Source: Octopus bimaculoides (Eukaryota). Taken from it: a stretch of DNA of 64,000 bases. The translations under genes and the position numbers were made by a program. The stretch is from NCBI RefSeq assembly GCF_001194135.2, contig NC_068982.1, positions 129,477,062-129,541,061 on the forward strand, written 5' to 3'. Positions 33,746-46,954 of this stretch are shown here, piece after piece. How positions within the stretch are numbered: position 1 is the first letter of the stretch; each line of letters opens with the position of its first letter. The notes under the pieces were generated by a model. It had not been told where the DNA came from and searched no databases. It worked only from the letters and a program-made list of their open reading frames with translations.

Positions 33746-33888
33746 GAAGGCATGGGACAAGGTAGTGAAGCATGATCTTTGAGTGTTGGGCCTTATGGGG
33801 GACAATGACAATGACGGAAACCTTTGGCAATATGCTGTGCTTGAAAAGACCCATCAAGCCAAGTGAAATGGTTGTCATGACTGATGCC
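33596..33888. repeat. Foldback palindrome of RTE sequence, about 143-bp arms, 7-nt loop
   Basis: GGCATCAGTCA...CCTTGTCCCATGTCTTC-CTGGGAT-GAAGGCATGGGACAAGG...TGACTGATGCC. Confidence 0.9.
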
Positions 33889-34339
33889 TGTGTCGTTAAT
33901 ATGCATAGTAATGTGTGTTTAAAATAACTTGAAACTTCAGTTTAAGACTCATTTGCAGAATTACACAAAAAATTAGATTTGGATATTTAAAGAGAGAATT
34001 AATTTGTAAGACTCTGCTTGTAAATTTGACTTATACACACATTAAGACTATCAGATTCTCTAATACGATAGTGTATTGAACACATTTCTATTTTTCTATC
34101 AGAAAACCCCCCCCTCACACACACACACACACACACATGTATGTATTTATGTTTATCATCCTCATCATTATAGTTACCGTTTAAATATCTGTCTTCCATC
34201 TTAGACTTGTCAATGTCTGAGTCGGTCTTTACTCAGTTACTGTCTTCTTATACCGATTTAAGGTTGGGCATCTTAGTCATGTGTCTTCTGCTATAGCCCT
34301 GGGTTGACCAAAGCTTGAGTAGTGTGTACTGGATGCTTT

Positions 34340-34520
34340 TTTCATGGTACCAGCTCCAGTACAGTCACTAAATAACTTGCAAGACAACCTCTTGACAGAA
34401 TGGAGTTACAATATTGAGGGAGGTGGATTTGTGCTAAGTGTTGAGAGGCTAAAATATAATAGAAGGAAAGGAACAGGTGCCTTGCAGTGTAGATGTATGG
34501 CTACTCCAACAAGAAAAGGA
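34340..34520 (+). mobile_element. Second copy of the 5400-5620 repeat family
   Basis: TAACTTGCAAGACAA...ATTGAGGGAGGTG(G/A)ATTT shared, in opposite orientation. Confidence 0.55.
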
Positions 34521-35259
34521 GAAAGGATGTTGGAGATGAGATGTTAGTGCATAGCCCCAAGGTACAAGAAGATGGATAAAGGGTGAATAGGGACAGAGAA
34601 TTGAGGATGACTAAGAAGGTAATGTTTGCAAAAAGGTGAAAGGAGAGTAATGGATAAAAATGGCAATAAAGGTGAATGGTGAACATAAATGGAGATGTGA
34701 TCAGTGGTGAATCTCAGTTTGGAGAAAATAGCAGAAAGTAAGAGTGGGTCAGGGAAGAGGAGGTGGTAAGTCATAAAAAGTGGTGGTAATGGAGAGCAAC
34801 CATAAAATAAAACTGTAGATAGATGAGAAATAGTGTGATGATGAGGAGTGTGAAGGAGAGAGAAGTACAGACAGAGGCCTAAGGCATGAAGGGGTGGATA
34901 TGGTGAGTGACAAGAAAAGGTTGGGGTGGGTATCAGTGGAAGCTAGGAGAAGGTATTCAGGTAAGAAGGAGTGTTGAGTGGAAAATTAAGTGGTATGGGA
35001 TGATGAGAGTGCAGGGAGACAAGAAATCTGGTTCCAAGGAGAAGGATAACTGGTAGCAAAAACGTGAGGGATAGAATATGTGAAGTTCTGCTCCCATATA
35101 CTTATGGCAGCTGAGGGAATAGTGGTGTAGTTTGAAGAGCTAAGGAGTGATGGGTATTACAAAAACGGGTTATAGAAAAGGCTTGACGGGGTCAGATAGG
35201 TGCAGTGACATAGACATTAAAAATATGCTTTTAGGACCTCATTTTTGCTGATATGATTA

Positions 35260-35560
35260 GGTCTTCTTGAGCATGGTAAATTACCAATCATCTAAGTCCT
35301 TTGTCACCTTGAGGTCAGTCTTCTCTATTTCATCCCACATTTTTCGAGGTCTGTTTCATAAATGCCATCCATATTTAGTGATATGCGCGTTTTTATACAA
35401 CTGTCTGTACACACCACATGACCACCACCAATGGTGTAATCTTCTCTCCTGCTCACTACATCTGATGCCTCTTATGCCCAATTTTCTCTCAGTATATTTT
35501 CACTTTGTTGTAAGTGCACATAGACATTGCACATCCAGTGGAGTATGCTAGCCTCATTTC
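35260..35560 (-). mobile_element. Old RTE ORF2 C-terminal fragment
   Basis: Minus strand reads ...RKLGIRGIRCSEQERRLH..., comparable to REKLDIRSIRCGVQERRLRW at 45394-45774. Confidence 0.6.
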
Positions 35561-35658
35561 TTTCTAGTCTTTATATGTCCTCTGCATATGCAGCCCAAGT
35601 TTCACTACCATGTAATACTGCAGTTCATACACAAACGTTGATGTTAAAACATTAATGA

Positions 35659-35824
35659 TGCATGGGAGTGGCTGTGTGATGAGTAGCCTGCTTACCAACC
35701 ACATGGTTCTGGGTCCAGTTCTACTGCGTGGCGCCTGGGGGCAAGTATCTTCTACTATAGCCTTGGGCCGACCAAAGCCTTGTGAGTGGATTTGGTAGAC
35801 GGCAACTGAAAGAGGCTTGTTGTG

Positions 35825-35881
<57 letters not shown>

Positions 35882-36073
35882 CTGTGTTTGTCCCACCAAC
35901 ATAGATTGACAACTGATGTTGGTGTTTACATCTCTGTAACTTAGCAGTTTGTCAGAAGAGACCGATAGGATAAGTACTAGTCTTACAAAGAATAAGTCCT
36001 GGAGTTCATTTGTTCGACTAAAGGTGGTGCCCCAGCATGGCCACAGTTGAATGACTGAAATAAATAAAAGAAT
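35659..36073 (+). mobile_element. CORE-like tRNA SINE, full length, with internal (AT)n(GT)n
   Basis: GGGAGTGGCTGTGTG head, GGGCAAGTATCTTCTACTATAGCC core, tail CCAGCATGGCCACAGTTGAATGACTGAAA...AAAAGAATA. Confidence 0.88.
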
Positions 36074-39010
36074 ACATACATCAATGCATGGAGCTGGGTG
36101 GTGAGATAAATGCATACTTGTCAAATGATGTGTGTTAAATGAATGAAGAAGTAAATATTCAATACATGCTATAGAGTTTATAGTTTATTTAAACTGAATA
36201 TTTTATCTTACAACTTAAGTTTCATGCTGCTGCAATCTTCAGGCAAGAGCTGTTACAATTTTGGTGGCTGTTGGTTACTTGGAAAATTTATCTGTTAATC
36301 TCATTAGAGTTTTTCTGTTTTTTTTGGTCAAGTTTGTTTGTTTCTTTCAAAGATATTTCACTTTTAAGGATAAGTTTGGGGAGTGTTTCATATTGTGTAT
36401 CATGGATGCTGTTATCAGAATTTGCGTTTGAACTTTCTTTTTTTGTGTTTTGGTTGATGGCTTTGTTAATGTGTGTTTGAATTTTGTTTTGGTCACAGAA
36501 GATTTAACAACTTTGTGTGTGTATTTTATTGTATCTGATGTATGAATAGATTTGTGATTTTGTTAATATAGTTCATATATATTTATGTACATTTTGTACT
36601 TCTGTATGTATCTTGTTTTTTGTTTTGTTTTTTTCTTGTTGTGAAGGTTTGTTTTTATTTGTGTCCTTACGAATAATGCATTTATGTTAAATTTGGTTTG
36701 GCAGTTTGTGGTTTGAGTTTTGTGGATATCAAATCTTCTTTCTATGGGGTTGGTAGCTGCTTTATCCTACTTGGAATTATATACATGATGTATGTGCCTT
36801 TTTATATGTATCAGTGTACATATATATATACATACACACATATGTTTACATACATACACACATACATATGTGCACACACACATACACACACACACACACA
36901 CACACAAATATTTGTAAAATCCATATATAATTATATTATTATTGTGATCACATTCCGGTATTTTCTCATAAAATTTCAGCTTTTGTTCTCTTCAGTTTTA
37001 AAGTACTTTGTAATAAATGTTTTATTATTATTTCCATCTGTGTGTTATTTGTTGAACCAAAATATCTCTTAAGTTTATATTACCACCTTGAGACAACTAA
37101 TTCTTTGCTGCAAGTTCTGTTGGTCTTTTATACACACACATACATATTTACATGTATGCATATATGTACACACTCACACATGAATATACACATTCAGTCT
37201 CTATCTCTCTCTCTCTCTCTCTCTCCTTCTCACACTCACACACACACACTCTAGTTTGCTAACCCACTTCTTTAATAGCTTTTCACACTTTTCAATAGCA
37301 ACTAATCCAACTAATCAAGTTTCAACTTCAAATGACATTTTATGGTTTTTGAACTTACAATCACAAATTACTTTCATTCTTTTTTTTCTTTTTTCCTTTC
37401 TCTCCTCTATTTTTAAAATCTTAAAAATTAGTTCACTATCAATTACGTGGATGCAAAATATACAATTACTGATATCTTCTTTTATCCATTGCGTTTGAGC
37501 AGAGTTTGGGATAAACATTTAGAGACATTTTATGCAACCCACTAATGACTCTGCCAATTTGCTACCCTGATGGTGATGATGATCTCTCCCTCTCTCTCTC
37601 TCCCTCTCTCTCTCTCCCTCTCTCTCTCTCCCTCTNNNNNNNNNNTGATGATCTCTCCCTCTCTCTCTCTCCCTCTCTCTCTCTCCCTCTCTCTCTCTCT
37701 ACTTGCTATGTCTGGAGGAAGTAGCAGTGCATGTGGCCTTTGCAGACCCTCTGAGATCAGTAAGATTGGTGCCATTTATATTCTGTTTGAACTGTTGCAA
37801 GTCATTAACTGCAGTCAAGAGATTTGCAAAGGTAGAATATCCTCATTCTGGGCTTGTAATGTTGGGTGTGCAAAATTGAACATAAAATACAGGATGGGAG
37901 AAAGAGGGATTAGTGAATCAAGAGAACCTGAGTGGAAGTGACATGAGACAAACCAGCTATGAGGAACAGAAGCCATTGTAGTATCAGTAGAAAAAGAGAG
38001 TAGATAGCATCTCTATTGTCCAGAGGTTGTCATGTATCCGTGGTACCTCTATGTCAGTCAGCTGAATGGCTTTCTCTAGACACAGCCTAGGATATCTCAA
38101 GGTGCAGTAACAAGAGTACCGTTCCATAAGTGGAAGCATTACTACATTGTGAATCATGCTTAAGCTTTGTTGGAGGCTAAAGTTTTTCTACTCTGAAGAG
38201 AAGGGCCAGTTTTGAGTCTGGACCATTTAAAGATGTGTATTGACTATGAAGGATCTCCAGTAATAGTGGTGACTAGCATTTAGAATGATCATGTGAGCGC
38301 TAGCTGTGTGTCACTCATCTTTTAGTCAGGTGAAGTGTAATCATTTTTACTTGATATGAACAGTACTTTTCATTTTTGAGTTGTTGAAAGAGATATGATA
38401 GGTATTACACTGGATGCATTTGAGGTTTATTTATGGAATCTTGCAGGTTTAACATGGGGTTGTTTGATTGCTTGGAGATGACACCATTTCTGTTAGTTTA
38501 CAAATAACGATTCTTAGTTTGAATCCATTCTGGGGTTATGTTTACATCCAATAGTCATCTGATTATAATGGAGGTTCAAAGCATTTGAAATATAGTGTAG
38601 ATATAAGTATTATAAACACTATGAAGGGGAAGTTAAGTCTTAGTTCTTTTATTGACTGTAAACTCATCTTGGACATTTAGATATTTAGTTAGAAGTGATA
38701 CATGCTTTTTTTAAATGATCTTTTCTAAGAAATATTTGTATAGGTTTAAAGCTTACCTTTAGGTGATATATTTTTTCCTGCATTTAAAAGAAATGTAAAT
38801 ACTAAGAACATTACTATACAATTTGAATATTAAAACAAAACAAATTTTCCCCTTATGTTGATTATTCTAAATTTATAGAAATTTGTTTACATTAAAAAAG
38901 ATTGATATTTTCTTGTTTCTTTATTTTTCTACACATAAATTATTTAATATTTATTAAGCAGAATACTTTTAATGAATGATGGTTGAAATTATCTTCTTAC
39001 AATTTTTTAG

Positions 39011-39142
39011 GGCTGTCTATCTGGACTTATTGATATTATGTTGGAAGGTGTAGGACCTGATGCTCCCTCTGTCCCGAGTAACCACCCACAGAATATAGAA
39101 CGTTCATCAGTCTTAATTACATTGACTCAGCTGAACACCTTG
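39011..39142 (+). CDS. GAPVD1: GAPVD1 coding exon 2 (phase 0-0): GCLSGLIDIMLEG...SSVLITLTQLNTL
   Basis: TTTTTTAG| acceptor, TTG|GTAAGA donor, open frame continuing DKFDK; resembles the human end of the RasGAP region (VYITYSQLITL). Confidence 0.9.
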
Positions 39143-39718
39143 GTAAGAATTTTCTTTACTTCCTTATCTTTTCTCAACACTTTAAAATGTTTCAACTACA
39201 AATTAAGAACAAACCATTTTGAAAATGTTTGAATTAAAAAAGATTGAAAAAAAAAAAAATGAAGTAAACTTAATACTTAATTTGAGTTCGTTTAATATGT
39301 CTGTATGGTGAATTTAGTTAGGAAATTATCTGGAAAACAGGTAAAGGTTGGTTGGCATTAGTAAGAGCATCCAGTCAGGAAAAATCTACCTCAGCAAGTT
39401 TTGTCTAACCCATACTGACATAGTAAAACAGATGTAAAACGATGATGATGTATATCAACTAATTGTTATATTTACAATATTACTGGTATAGTAAATTGGA
39501 AGTAAATAAAATTTTAGAGAATGTCATTTCAACAATTAAATGACGTGAGCAATTACAAAGTGCCGCAATAGAGAAATTAGACTGGGTCATGAGGGAAAAA
39601 TATATTCATGTTAATTGACATATTTTTAAATTTTTTAAATTTTATAAGTAGGAAACAGAATAGTGTAACTTTCATGCTTTCTTCAATTCTTGGGCATTAC
39701 CTTGAAAGGTATATGTAC

Positions 39719-39788
<70 letters not shown>

Positions 39789-39828
39789 TTATATATATAT
39801 GTGNNNNNNNNNNNNNNGGTATATGTAC

Positions 39829-39893
<65 letters not shown>

Positions 39894-40249
39894 GATATAT
39901 ATATGTCCCTTGCATAAAGGAGCTTCACCATTGGTGCTGGATGAAAGAAGAGGGTTGTTCTCAGACTAGAGGCCAAGGACCAAAGAGATACAGAGGTGAT
40001 TTGGGTTTGCTTATTTATAGCCTTCCTAACCAAACTAGGTCAGGCTAAATAAAGGATTTTTCCTCTGTATCAGCTTTGATGTATGTATGATTTGTGAAAA
40101 GCTAAGAGGTCAGTTTACTCTCATAAATTTCCTTGTGCAACAGGCGAGAACAATAGGCAGAAGACCTGTAGGAAAATGTACATTTGGTTTCAAATCCTGG
40201 CTTAGAAATTTGGTAGCTATTTCCTACACATATATATTGTCTTTTACTG

Positions 40250-40500
40250 TGGCCTCAAGCCAACCAAAACCTTCTGCATAGATTTGCTAGATGGAAACTG
40301 AAAGAAGCCCATCATGTGTGTGTGTGTATACACTTGCATACATATGACATTAACTGGCTTTTGCACAGTTTTCATTTACCAAATTCACTCAAAACACATT
40401 GGTCAACCTGGTACTAAAGCAGAAGTTATTTACCTAGGATGCCATGTAGTGGGATTGAACCTGAAACCACATGGCTGTAAAGCAAACTTCTTAACCACAT
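40250..40500 (-). mobile_element. CORE-like SINE fragments (a + fragment then a - fragment)
   Basis: GATGGAAACTGAAAGAAGCCC followed by TTTTCATTTACCAAATTCACTC...TTCTTAACCACA. Confidence 0.55.
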
Positions 40501-41316
40501 ATCTATTCCTGTGCATTTTATATTGGAAAATATTTTTAGGATATTATCAAAATTAATATAAATCTTTCCATTTTGTAGATTTATTTATGTCCTAGTATTA
40601 TTTATGTATCATTGCATGACATGCATCTGTTTTTTTTTGGGGGGGGGGATAGGGGGTAGCAAGTTAGTCAGAGGAGGAAGGCCAGTGACCTTTGATGTGG
40701 TTGATGTTTAGCTTGAACATTTGCTTCAGGAAAGTGTGGGCAGGGAGGGAATTTCAGAAGTGTTACTGCACTGAGGAGAAAGGACTGGGTGAAGTATTTA
40801 ATGCAAGGGTTGGGGTTTGAGATAGAATGAAGGAAATGGGAGGAGGAAAGATGGTGGGTAGTGGTGGTGAGAGTTTGTAGAGAATAATACTTGCAATGAT
40901 GATGATAGGTACATGAGTTGAGTTGACTAATGATTCCTCCTCTCCCTCTTCTTCAAATTATTATGGTTAAAATTTGACACATTTTTTAAAATATTATTTT
41001 AAATTAAATTAAAATACCAATCTGCTTATGATTCCTAAATGTGATGCAGATATTGTAGATTTGTTTCTGTTGTTTGTATTCAGTGAAACAACTCTCTTAA
41101 CTTTTGTCTGTATTGACATCAGTATCTATACACTGTGTAAAGAAGGCGAATTCTGGTGTAATGAAAGATGCTAGGTTTTGTATGTATATATNNNNNNNNN
41201 NNNNNNNNNNNNNNNNNNNNNNNNNNNNNNNNNNNNNNNNNNNNNNNNNNNNNNNNNNNNNNNNNNNNNNNNNNNNNNNNNNNNNNNNNNNNNNNNNNNN
41301 NNNNNNNTATATATAT

Positions 41317-41478
41317 AGGCACAGGTATGGCTGTGTGGTAAGAAGCTTGCTTCCCAACCACGTGGTTCTGAGTTCAGTTCCACTGTGTGATACCTTGAGC
41401 AAATGTCTTCTATTATAGTCTCAGGCTGACCAAAATGTTGTGAGTGGGTTTAGATGACAGAAACTGAAAGAAGCCCGT

Positions 41479-41521
<43 letters not shown>

Positions 41522-41958
41522 CTCTTTGTGTCTGTGATTGTCCCCCACCACCACTCGACAACCAGTGTTGGTGTGTTTACATCTCCATAACTATTGGCAA
41601 AAGAGGCTTATAGAATAAGTACCAGGCTTAAAAAAAAAAGTAAGTCATCATCATCGTTTAATGTCTGCTTTCCATGCTAGCATAGGTTGGACGATTTGAC
41701 TGAGTACTAGTAAACCAGATGGCTGCACCAGGCTCCAGTCTGATCTGGCAGAGTTTCTACAGCTGGATGCCCTTCCTAACGGCAACCACTCCGAGAGTGT
41801 AGTGGGTACTTTTACGTGCCACTGGCACGAAGGCCAGTCAGGCGGTACTGGCAATGGCCACGCTCAAATACTGGAGTTTATTCATTTGATTAAAAATTCT
41901 TCAAGGTAGTGCCCCAGCATGGCCACAGTGTAATGAGTTAAGTAAAAGATAAAAGATA
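41317..41958 (+). mobile_element. CORE-like SINE interrupted at 41646-41869 by a minus-strand RTE tail
   Basis: SINE rejoins as AAGT|ACTGG; the insert begins CATCATCATCGTTTAATG. Confidence 0.82.
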
Positions 41959-42461
41959 TATGTATTTAATTTTTCCTGTGCCATCACTCACTCTGTCTTT
42001 CTTTCATTACATTCTGTCTTATTGCCTTTCTTTATTACTCCCTGAGCATTGTCTCTCACATTTCTCTGTCCTTTCTCACACTATCACCCCAGTCATTCTG
42101 TTCCCATCTTTATACTCTTTCTTCTTCTCCCTCGGTTCATCTTCTGGTTCATCTCCAATTACCCTCTCTTCTACCTGCTTTATTGGCCATGTTGCTTGAA
42201 ACAAACTGAGAGAATGTAAATCAGTGAGACACCTCCTACTTTTGTCTTGCAATAAAATGCATCTAGTATCCATTGTAAAGTAATTGGTGAACAAGTGGAG
42301 ATATTGTAATGTTGACAGGACCCTTTAGTCTTGTTAAGGATATAGCGACCTCTCTAGTGATAGTGTCACAATAAAACGTACCCAACACACTCTCTAAAGT
42401 CGTTGACATTATGAAGGACATCCAGTCATAGAAACCATGCCAAAGTAAAATATATGAGTGA

Positions 42462-42640
42462 GATGTAGGTGTAGCTGTGGGTTTCAGAAGCTTGCTTTCC
42501 CTCTATGTGATTTGAGGTTCAGTTCCATTGCATAGCACATTGGGCAAGTTCCTTTACTGTAACCTTGGCCTGACCAAAATCGTGTGAGTGGATTTGAGAT
42601 GGAAACTGAAAGAAGTTCATCGTGTGTGTGTGTGTGTGTG
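42462..42640 (+). mobile_element. CORE-like SINE, 5' half
   Basis: GTAGCTGTGG...GGTTCAGTTCC...TTGGGCAAG...GGAAACTGAAAGAAG then (GT)n. Confidence 0.6.
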
Positions 42641-42867
42641 TGCACTAGCTTAAAACCTGCACTCCATGTGGGCTCTTGGGCTAGCTCCTGCAGAGGGCTA
42701 ATTAGGACTGTGACCCAAAATTAAAGAGAGCAATAATAATAAAGCATTTATTGGTACCCTACCAATATAGTATTACTTTAAATTCAGTTTAAATGAAAAA
42801 CTTGTAAGTTCACAATTTTTTTGAGTTCTTTTAAAATTGGAATTTTCAACTATTAGCATATAACAAA

Positions 42868-43034
42868 TCCTCATCCAGACCTGATCCTAATGCTGGATGT
42901 CCAAGAACCAAATGAAGGCCAGATTTTCAATCCTGGGATCATCCTGATTCCAAAATGGTATAATATGTCTATGTAGATCAAATGTAGACTGACATACAAG
43001 AGTCCTGGATGGACGGACAGACAGAATTTCATGT

Positions 43035-43062
<28 letters not shown>
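42868..43062 (-). mobile_element. Helitron-like non-autonomous element, family 2
   Basis: Shares sequence with 48695-49254 (ORF-track peptides ...HIIPFWNQDDPRIENL and ...HTIPFWNQNDPGIENL). Confidence 0.55.
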
Positions 43063-43114
<52 letters not shown>

Positions 43115-43915
43115 GTTTGTGTGTGGCCTTCTCTTGACATGTGATGATAATAAATGCGCATCATCATCATCATAAATGCAATGTTGTTTCCAGCCTACCA
43201 TGAAAAACATCTGGTTGTAGAAAGCCTGCCTCAATAAATTTTCTCTAATCCATGCAGCATACAAAAGTGAATATTAAACAGTGATGATGAGTAAGATGTC
43301 CCACAACCATGCCTAGTAGGTCAGTCATTCCAAATATGAACTTGGACTATGATAATCCTTCCAATTCATTGTCATGGAAAGCAGACATAAAATGTAGTTC
43401 TGTGATGAACAATTTCAAGCAAAATAATCATTAATAAATATAATATATATAGATTTATAATTTTTCATTTTACTCTCTTCTGTTTATAATCACTCACTGT
43501 TCACAATCATTGCAAATGATTTATTGTATTGGAAAGGGCTGGTCCTATAGCCTTCAGAGACACTTTGTGACTGGTGAGATGGATTGATGTTCTTATTAAA
43601 TAACTATAAGGTAATGACTACAGAACAAAAAAAGGACATTACTGGGGTGGAGGCACAGAAAAGTGACATTCTGAGAAGGATATGATTAAACATAGTATTA
43701 GGGATTGGCACAGTATGGAGGACTAGAAATGAATGAGATGGATGAGCCACAACTATCTGAATTTTTTAAATGCATAATTTAAATAACATGTCAGTTACTG
43801 CTAAAACTTTCTTTTGATTTGAGTAATAAGCTCAGCATTTCTCTTATGACAATAAAATAGATTGTTTTTAGTCTTTAACAGCTGTTTTCATCTGAATGTA
43901 TTAATTATATTATAG

Positions 43916-44105
43916 GTTAACTTTTTACGTTCTACGTTGCCACACATGAATAAAAGCAATGATATAAATCAATTAGAAGAACTTTTGTCCATACTCCCAG
44001 CCATCCAAACACCAACTTTGACTATCCAGCCATCAACTCCTACCTCAATCACACCTTCTCATACACCTCCTGGTACACCTAGCAGTCAACGGAAAACCAA
44101 CCGAG
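43916..44105 (+). CDS. GAPVD1: GAPVD1 coding exon 3 (phase 0-1): VNFLRSTLPHMNK...TPPGTPSSQRKTNR
   Basis: TATAG| acceptor, CGAG|GTAAGT donor; VNFLRS follows QLNTL as in human QLITLVNFMKS. Confidence 0.9.
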
Positions 44106-44157
44106 GTAAGTCTCAATTTTGCAAACAACAGTTACACTTTCATGCAGTTGTGAAGTC

Positions 44158-44195
<38 letters not shown>

Positions 44196-44735
44196 AAGAA
44201 CAAATAACTTGGTTATCATGGTTAATGATCATTTTGACCATGTGAAGGTTAAAAAGTGAAAGGGGAAATAAAGATGGCAAAATGGTTCAAAACAGAAAAT
44301 ATTCTGGACAGGAAGTATTAAGCAACAGTGTTAGTATGATATGTAAGCTTAACACACAGTAATAGTGAGAAGAAAGGAAACTGTTCATCTCATGTGTGAA
44401 CTGACAGGAAAAGAAGCAATCATGTTACTATGGTGTGTAAATTTAAGAGACAATAATGGTAACAAATCTGTTGGTTTTAACTGATATATTTATAATGATC
44501 TTTGTTTTGTCTTTTGTTTTTATTTTATTAGCAGTTATTCTGAATATTATTATTGTGTATATTATTTTTGTATTTCAGAATTTCATTTCTGTTGAATCTA
44601 AATAAAGCAAAAGCAAATATCTTTTTTTTTGAAGACACTATATTACATTTATTGAACTTTTCTCAGAAATTAATCACTTATCACTCTTGCTATTTATCTT
44701 CATTGTGTATAAACCAAGAATCTTTCTTTTGGCAG

Positions 44736-44899
44736 CTCATAAGAAAAAAATGTCTCTCACCAACCCTGAGGATGTGACTGTAAGCAGTGCTAATGTAGAG
44801 CAAAGCCATGTTGATGGCAGTGCTGATTTACTTGAAGATGTCTTGGTCTTTTCTTTGGGAGTGACCAGTGAGTGTCCTGGAATGCTGCCAGAATGTAAA
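44736..44899 (+). CDS. GAPVD1: GAPVD1 coding exon 4 (phase 1-0): (A)HKKKMSL...EDVLVFSLGVTSECPGMLPECK
   Basis: TCTTTCTTTTGGCAG| acceptor, AAA|GTAAGC donor; VLV.SLG and PGML motifs fit the family as recalled. Confidence 0.9.
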
Positions 44900-44937
44900 G
44901 TAAGCTCATTTTTATATCTTTTATTTATTGCTTTGTA

Positions 44938-45888
44938 TCATCATCATCATCGTTTAATGTCCACTTTCCATGCTGGTATGGGTTGGACGGTTTGATTGAG
45001 GGCTGGCAAGCCAGAAGGCTGCACCAGGCTCCAATCTGATCTGGCAGAGTTTCTACAGCTGGATGCCCTTCCTAACACCAACCACTCCGAGAGTGTAGTG
45101 GGTGCTTTTTATGTGCCACCAGCATGTGGGCCAATCAGGCAGTACTGGCATTAACCATGCTCGAATGGTGCTTTTTATGTGCCACCGGTACAGGTGCCAG
45201 TCAGGCGGTACTAGCATCAGCCACAGCAATGACAGTTTATTGCCCAATGATTAAGAGTACTCTTAAATGGGCCGGTTATGCTGCACTAGCATTGGCCATG
45301 GTTATGGTCCCACTTGTCTTGCCGGGTCTTCTCAAGCACAACATATCTCCAAAAGTCTCAGTCACTTGTCATCGCTTCCATGAGGCCCAGGGTTCAAAGG
45401 TCGTGCTTCACCACCTCATCCCGGATCTTCCTGTGTCTACCTCTTCCACAGGTTCCCTCTACTACTAGAGTGTGACACTTTTTCACACAGCTGTCCTCAT
45501 TCATTCGCAACACATGACCATACCAGCGTAGTCGTCTCTCTTGCACACCACATCTGATGCTTCTTATGTCCAACTTTTCTCTCAGGGTGCTTACACTCTG
45601 TCGTGTATGCACACTGACAATACACATCCAGCAGATCATACTAGCTTCATTTCTTGCAAGCTTATGCATGTTCTCAGTAGTCACGGCCCATGTTTCACTA
45701 CCATGTAGCATGGCTGTTCGCACACATGCATCATACAGTTTACCTTTTACTCTGAGTGAGAGGCCCTTTGTCACCAGCAGCGGTACGAGCTCTCTGAACT
45801 TTGCCCAAGCTATTCTTATTCTAGCAGCTACACTCTCAGAGCATCCACCCCTGCTACTGACTTACTGTCACCTAGGTAATGGAAGCTA
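44938..45888 (-). mobile_element. 5'-truncated RTE LINE (ORF2 C-terminus and 3' UTR)
   Basis: ORF 45394..45774: KGLSLRVKGKLYDACVRTAMLHGSETWA...RRLRWYGHVLR...VVKHDL; (CAT)n tail starts about 38 bp after the exon 4 donor. Confidence 0.92.
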
Positions 45889-46715
45889 AAATAGACTTAT
45901 AATATTATTGATTACAAATAAAAGAATCTAACTTTAAATCTAAATGTTAAAATTTCAATATCAAAGATGAAAGATTCTAGTAGATAAAAAAAAAAAAGGT
46001 TCAGCTTTAGTTAGGTAAATTGTCCAAATACTAAATAGAAACAGAAATTTCATATCAGAAGCACAGAAGAGTAGTATTTGAGATGATGTGACAAGTATTG
46101 CTGGTTCATTATAATAGATGAAAAATTGATATGAACTAGTTGCTGATCTTTGTTTATCAAGAAAGATATGAGTGAAGTGTTGGATGGTGAGGAACCCAAA
46201 TGGAAAGATTTGATACTGTTCATTTTTTCAGTCCGTACCAAAATAAATATCAACTTATGGTTATGCTAATGATAACCATCAGTGTTAGCATTAATGGCAG
46301 TGGGGTTTTCCTTTCAGTTTGCATTGATTAAATGAGTTAATTTTTTAGCTAATAACTATGTGTTGCTCTCTTTGTTGTTTAATACAACAAAGAGAGCAAT
46401 ATGAAACTCAGGTTGATAATTTCAACTAAATTTGATATATTACATTTTTAATCATCTAAATTCACTATACCTGATTATCTTTTAAATCTGTATTCATTTC
46501 ATTATTTCATTATCTTCTGCTGTTATAACTGTTGATACACAAATTGGAGATAAATATGTAAAACAAAAAAATTATTTTCCAAATTAAAAGTCTACTAAAA
46601 TTAATTATGAAGGTGAGATTATCTCATTCCTTAGTATTTCTTTGAGTACTATAAACTTTTGATAGTTGATTATTATAGAAATTGCAGTTCTAATAAGTGT
46701 ATTTTTGTAATCTAG

Positions 46716-46848
46716 GTTTTATCTGCTGAGCAGGAGCGTTGCCGACGTAAAGTAACTTACCAGTCTTCTCCTACCTATGAAGACAACAATGCAGAAACAC
46801 ATGAAAAACGAACTAGGTTTTCATTTCCTCAGGATCAAGAATCAATTG
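46716..46848 (+). CDS. GAPVD1: GAPVD1 coding exon 5 (phase 0-1): VLSAEQERC...EKRTRFSFPQDQESI
   Basis: TTTTTGTAATCTAG| acceptor, TTG|GTAAAC donor; contains the EKRTRFS motif. Confidence 0.9.
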
Positions 46849-46954
46849 GTAAACAACTTGTTTATTGAATTATTTGTATGCCTGTGTGAGGGAGTCAGAA
46901 AATAAACAGTTTGGATTACTGCTGCTTCTATAAACCTCCACCTAATATAAGCTG

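Noticed and set aside
34540-35200. Long purine-rich stretch (similar ones at 2940-3140 and 40640-40930)
   Set aside because: Degenerate low-complexity sequence with no defined unit, termini or open frame.
36243-36500. Stop-free frames on both strands in intron 1
   Set aside because: They reflect T-rich compositional bias; no homology, and no supporting splice-site pair that fits the gene's phases.
37570-37700. Direct duplication of TGATGATCTCTCCC(TC)n on both sides of a 10-N gap
   Set aside because: Typical overlap artefact at a scaffold join.
39708-39905. Direct duplication of GGTATATGTACG(TA)n(GT)n across a 14-N gap
   Set aside because: Same kind of assembly artefact.
40629-40656. G10-ATA-G5 run as a G-quadruplex
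   Set aside because: Only two G tracts in a homopolymer context; too weak to call.
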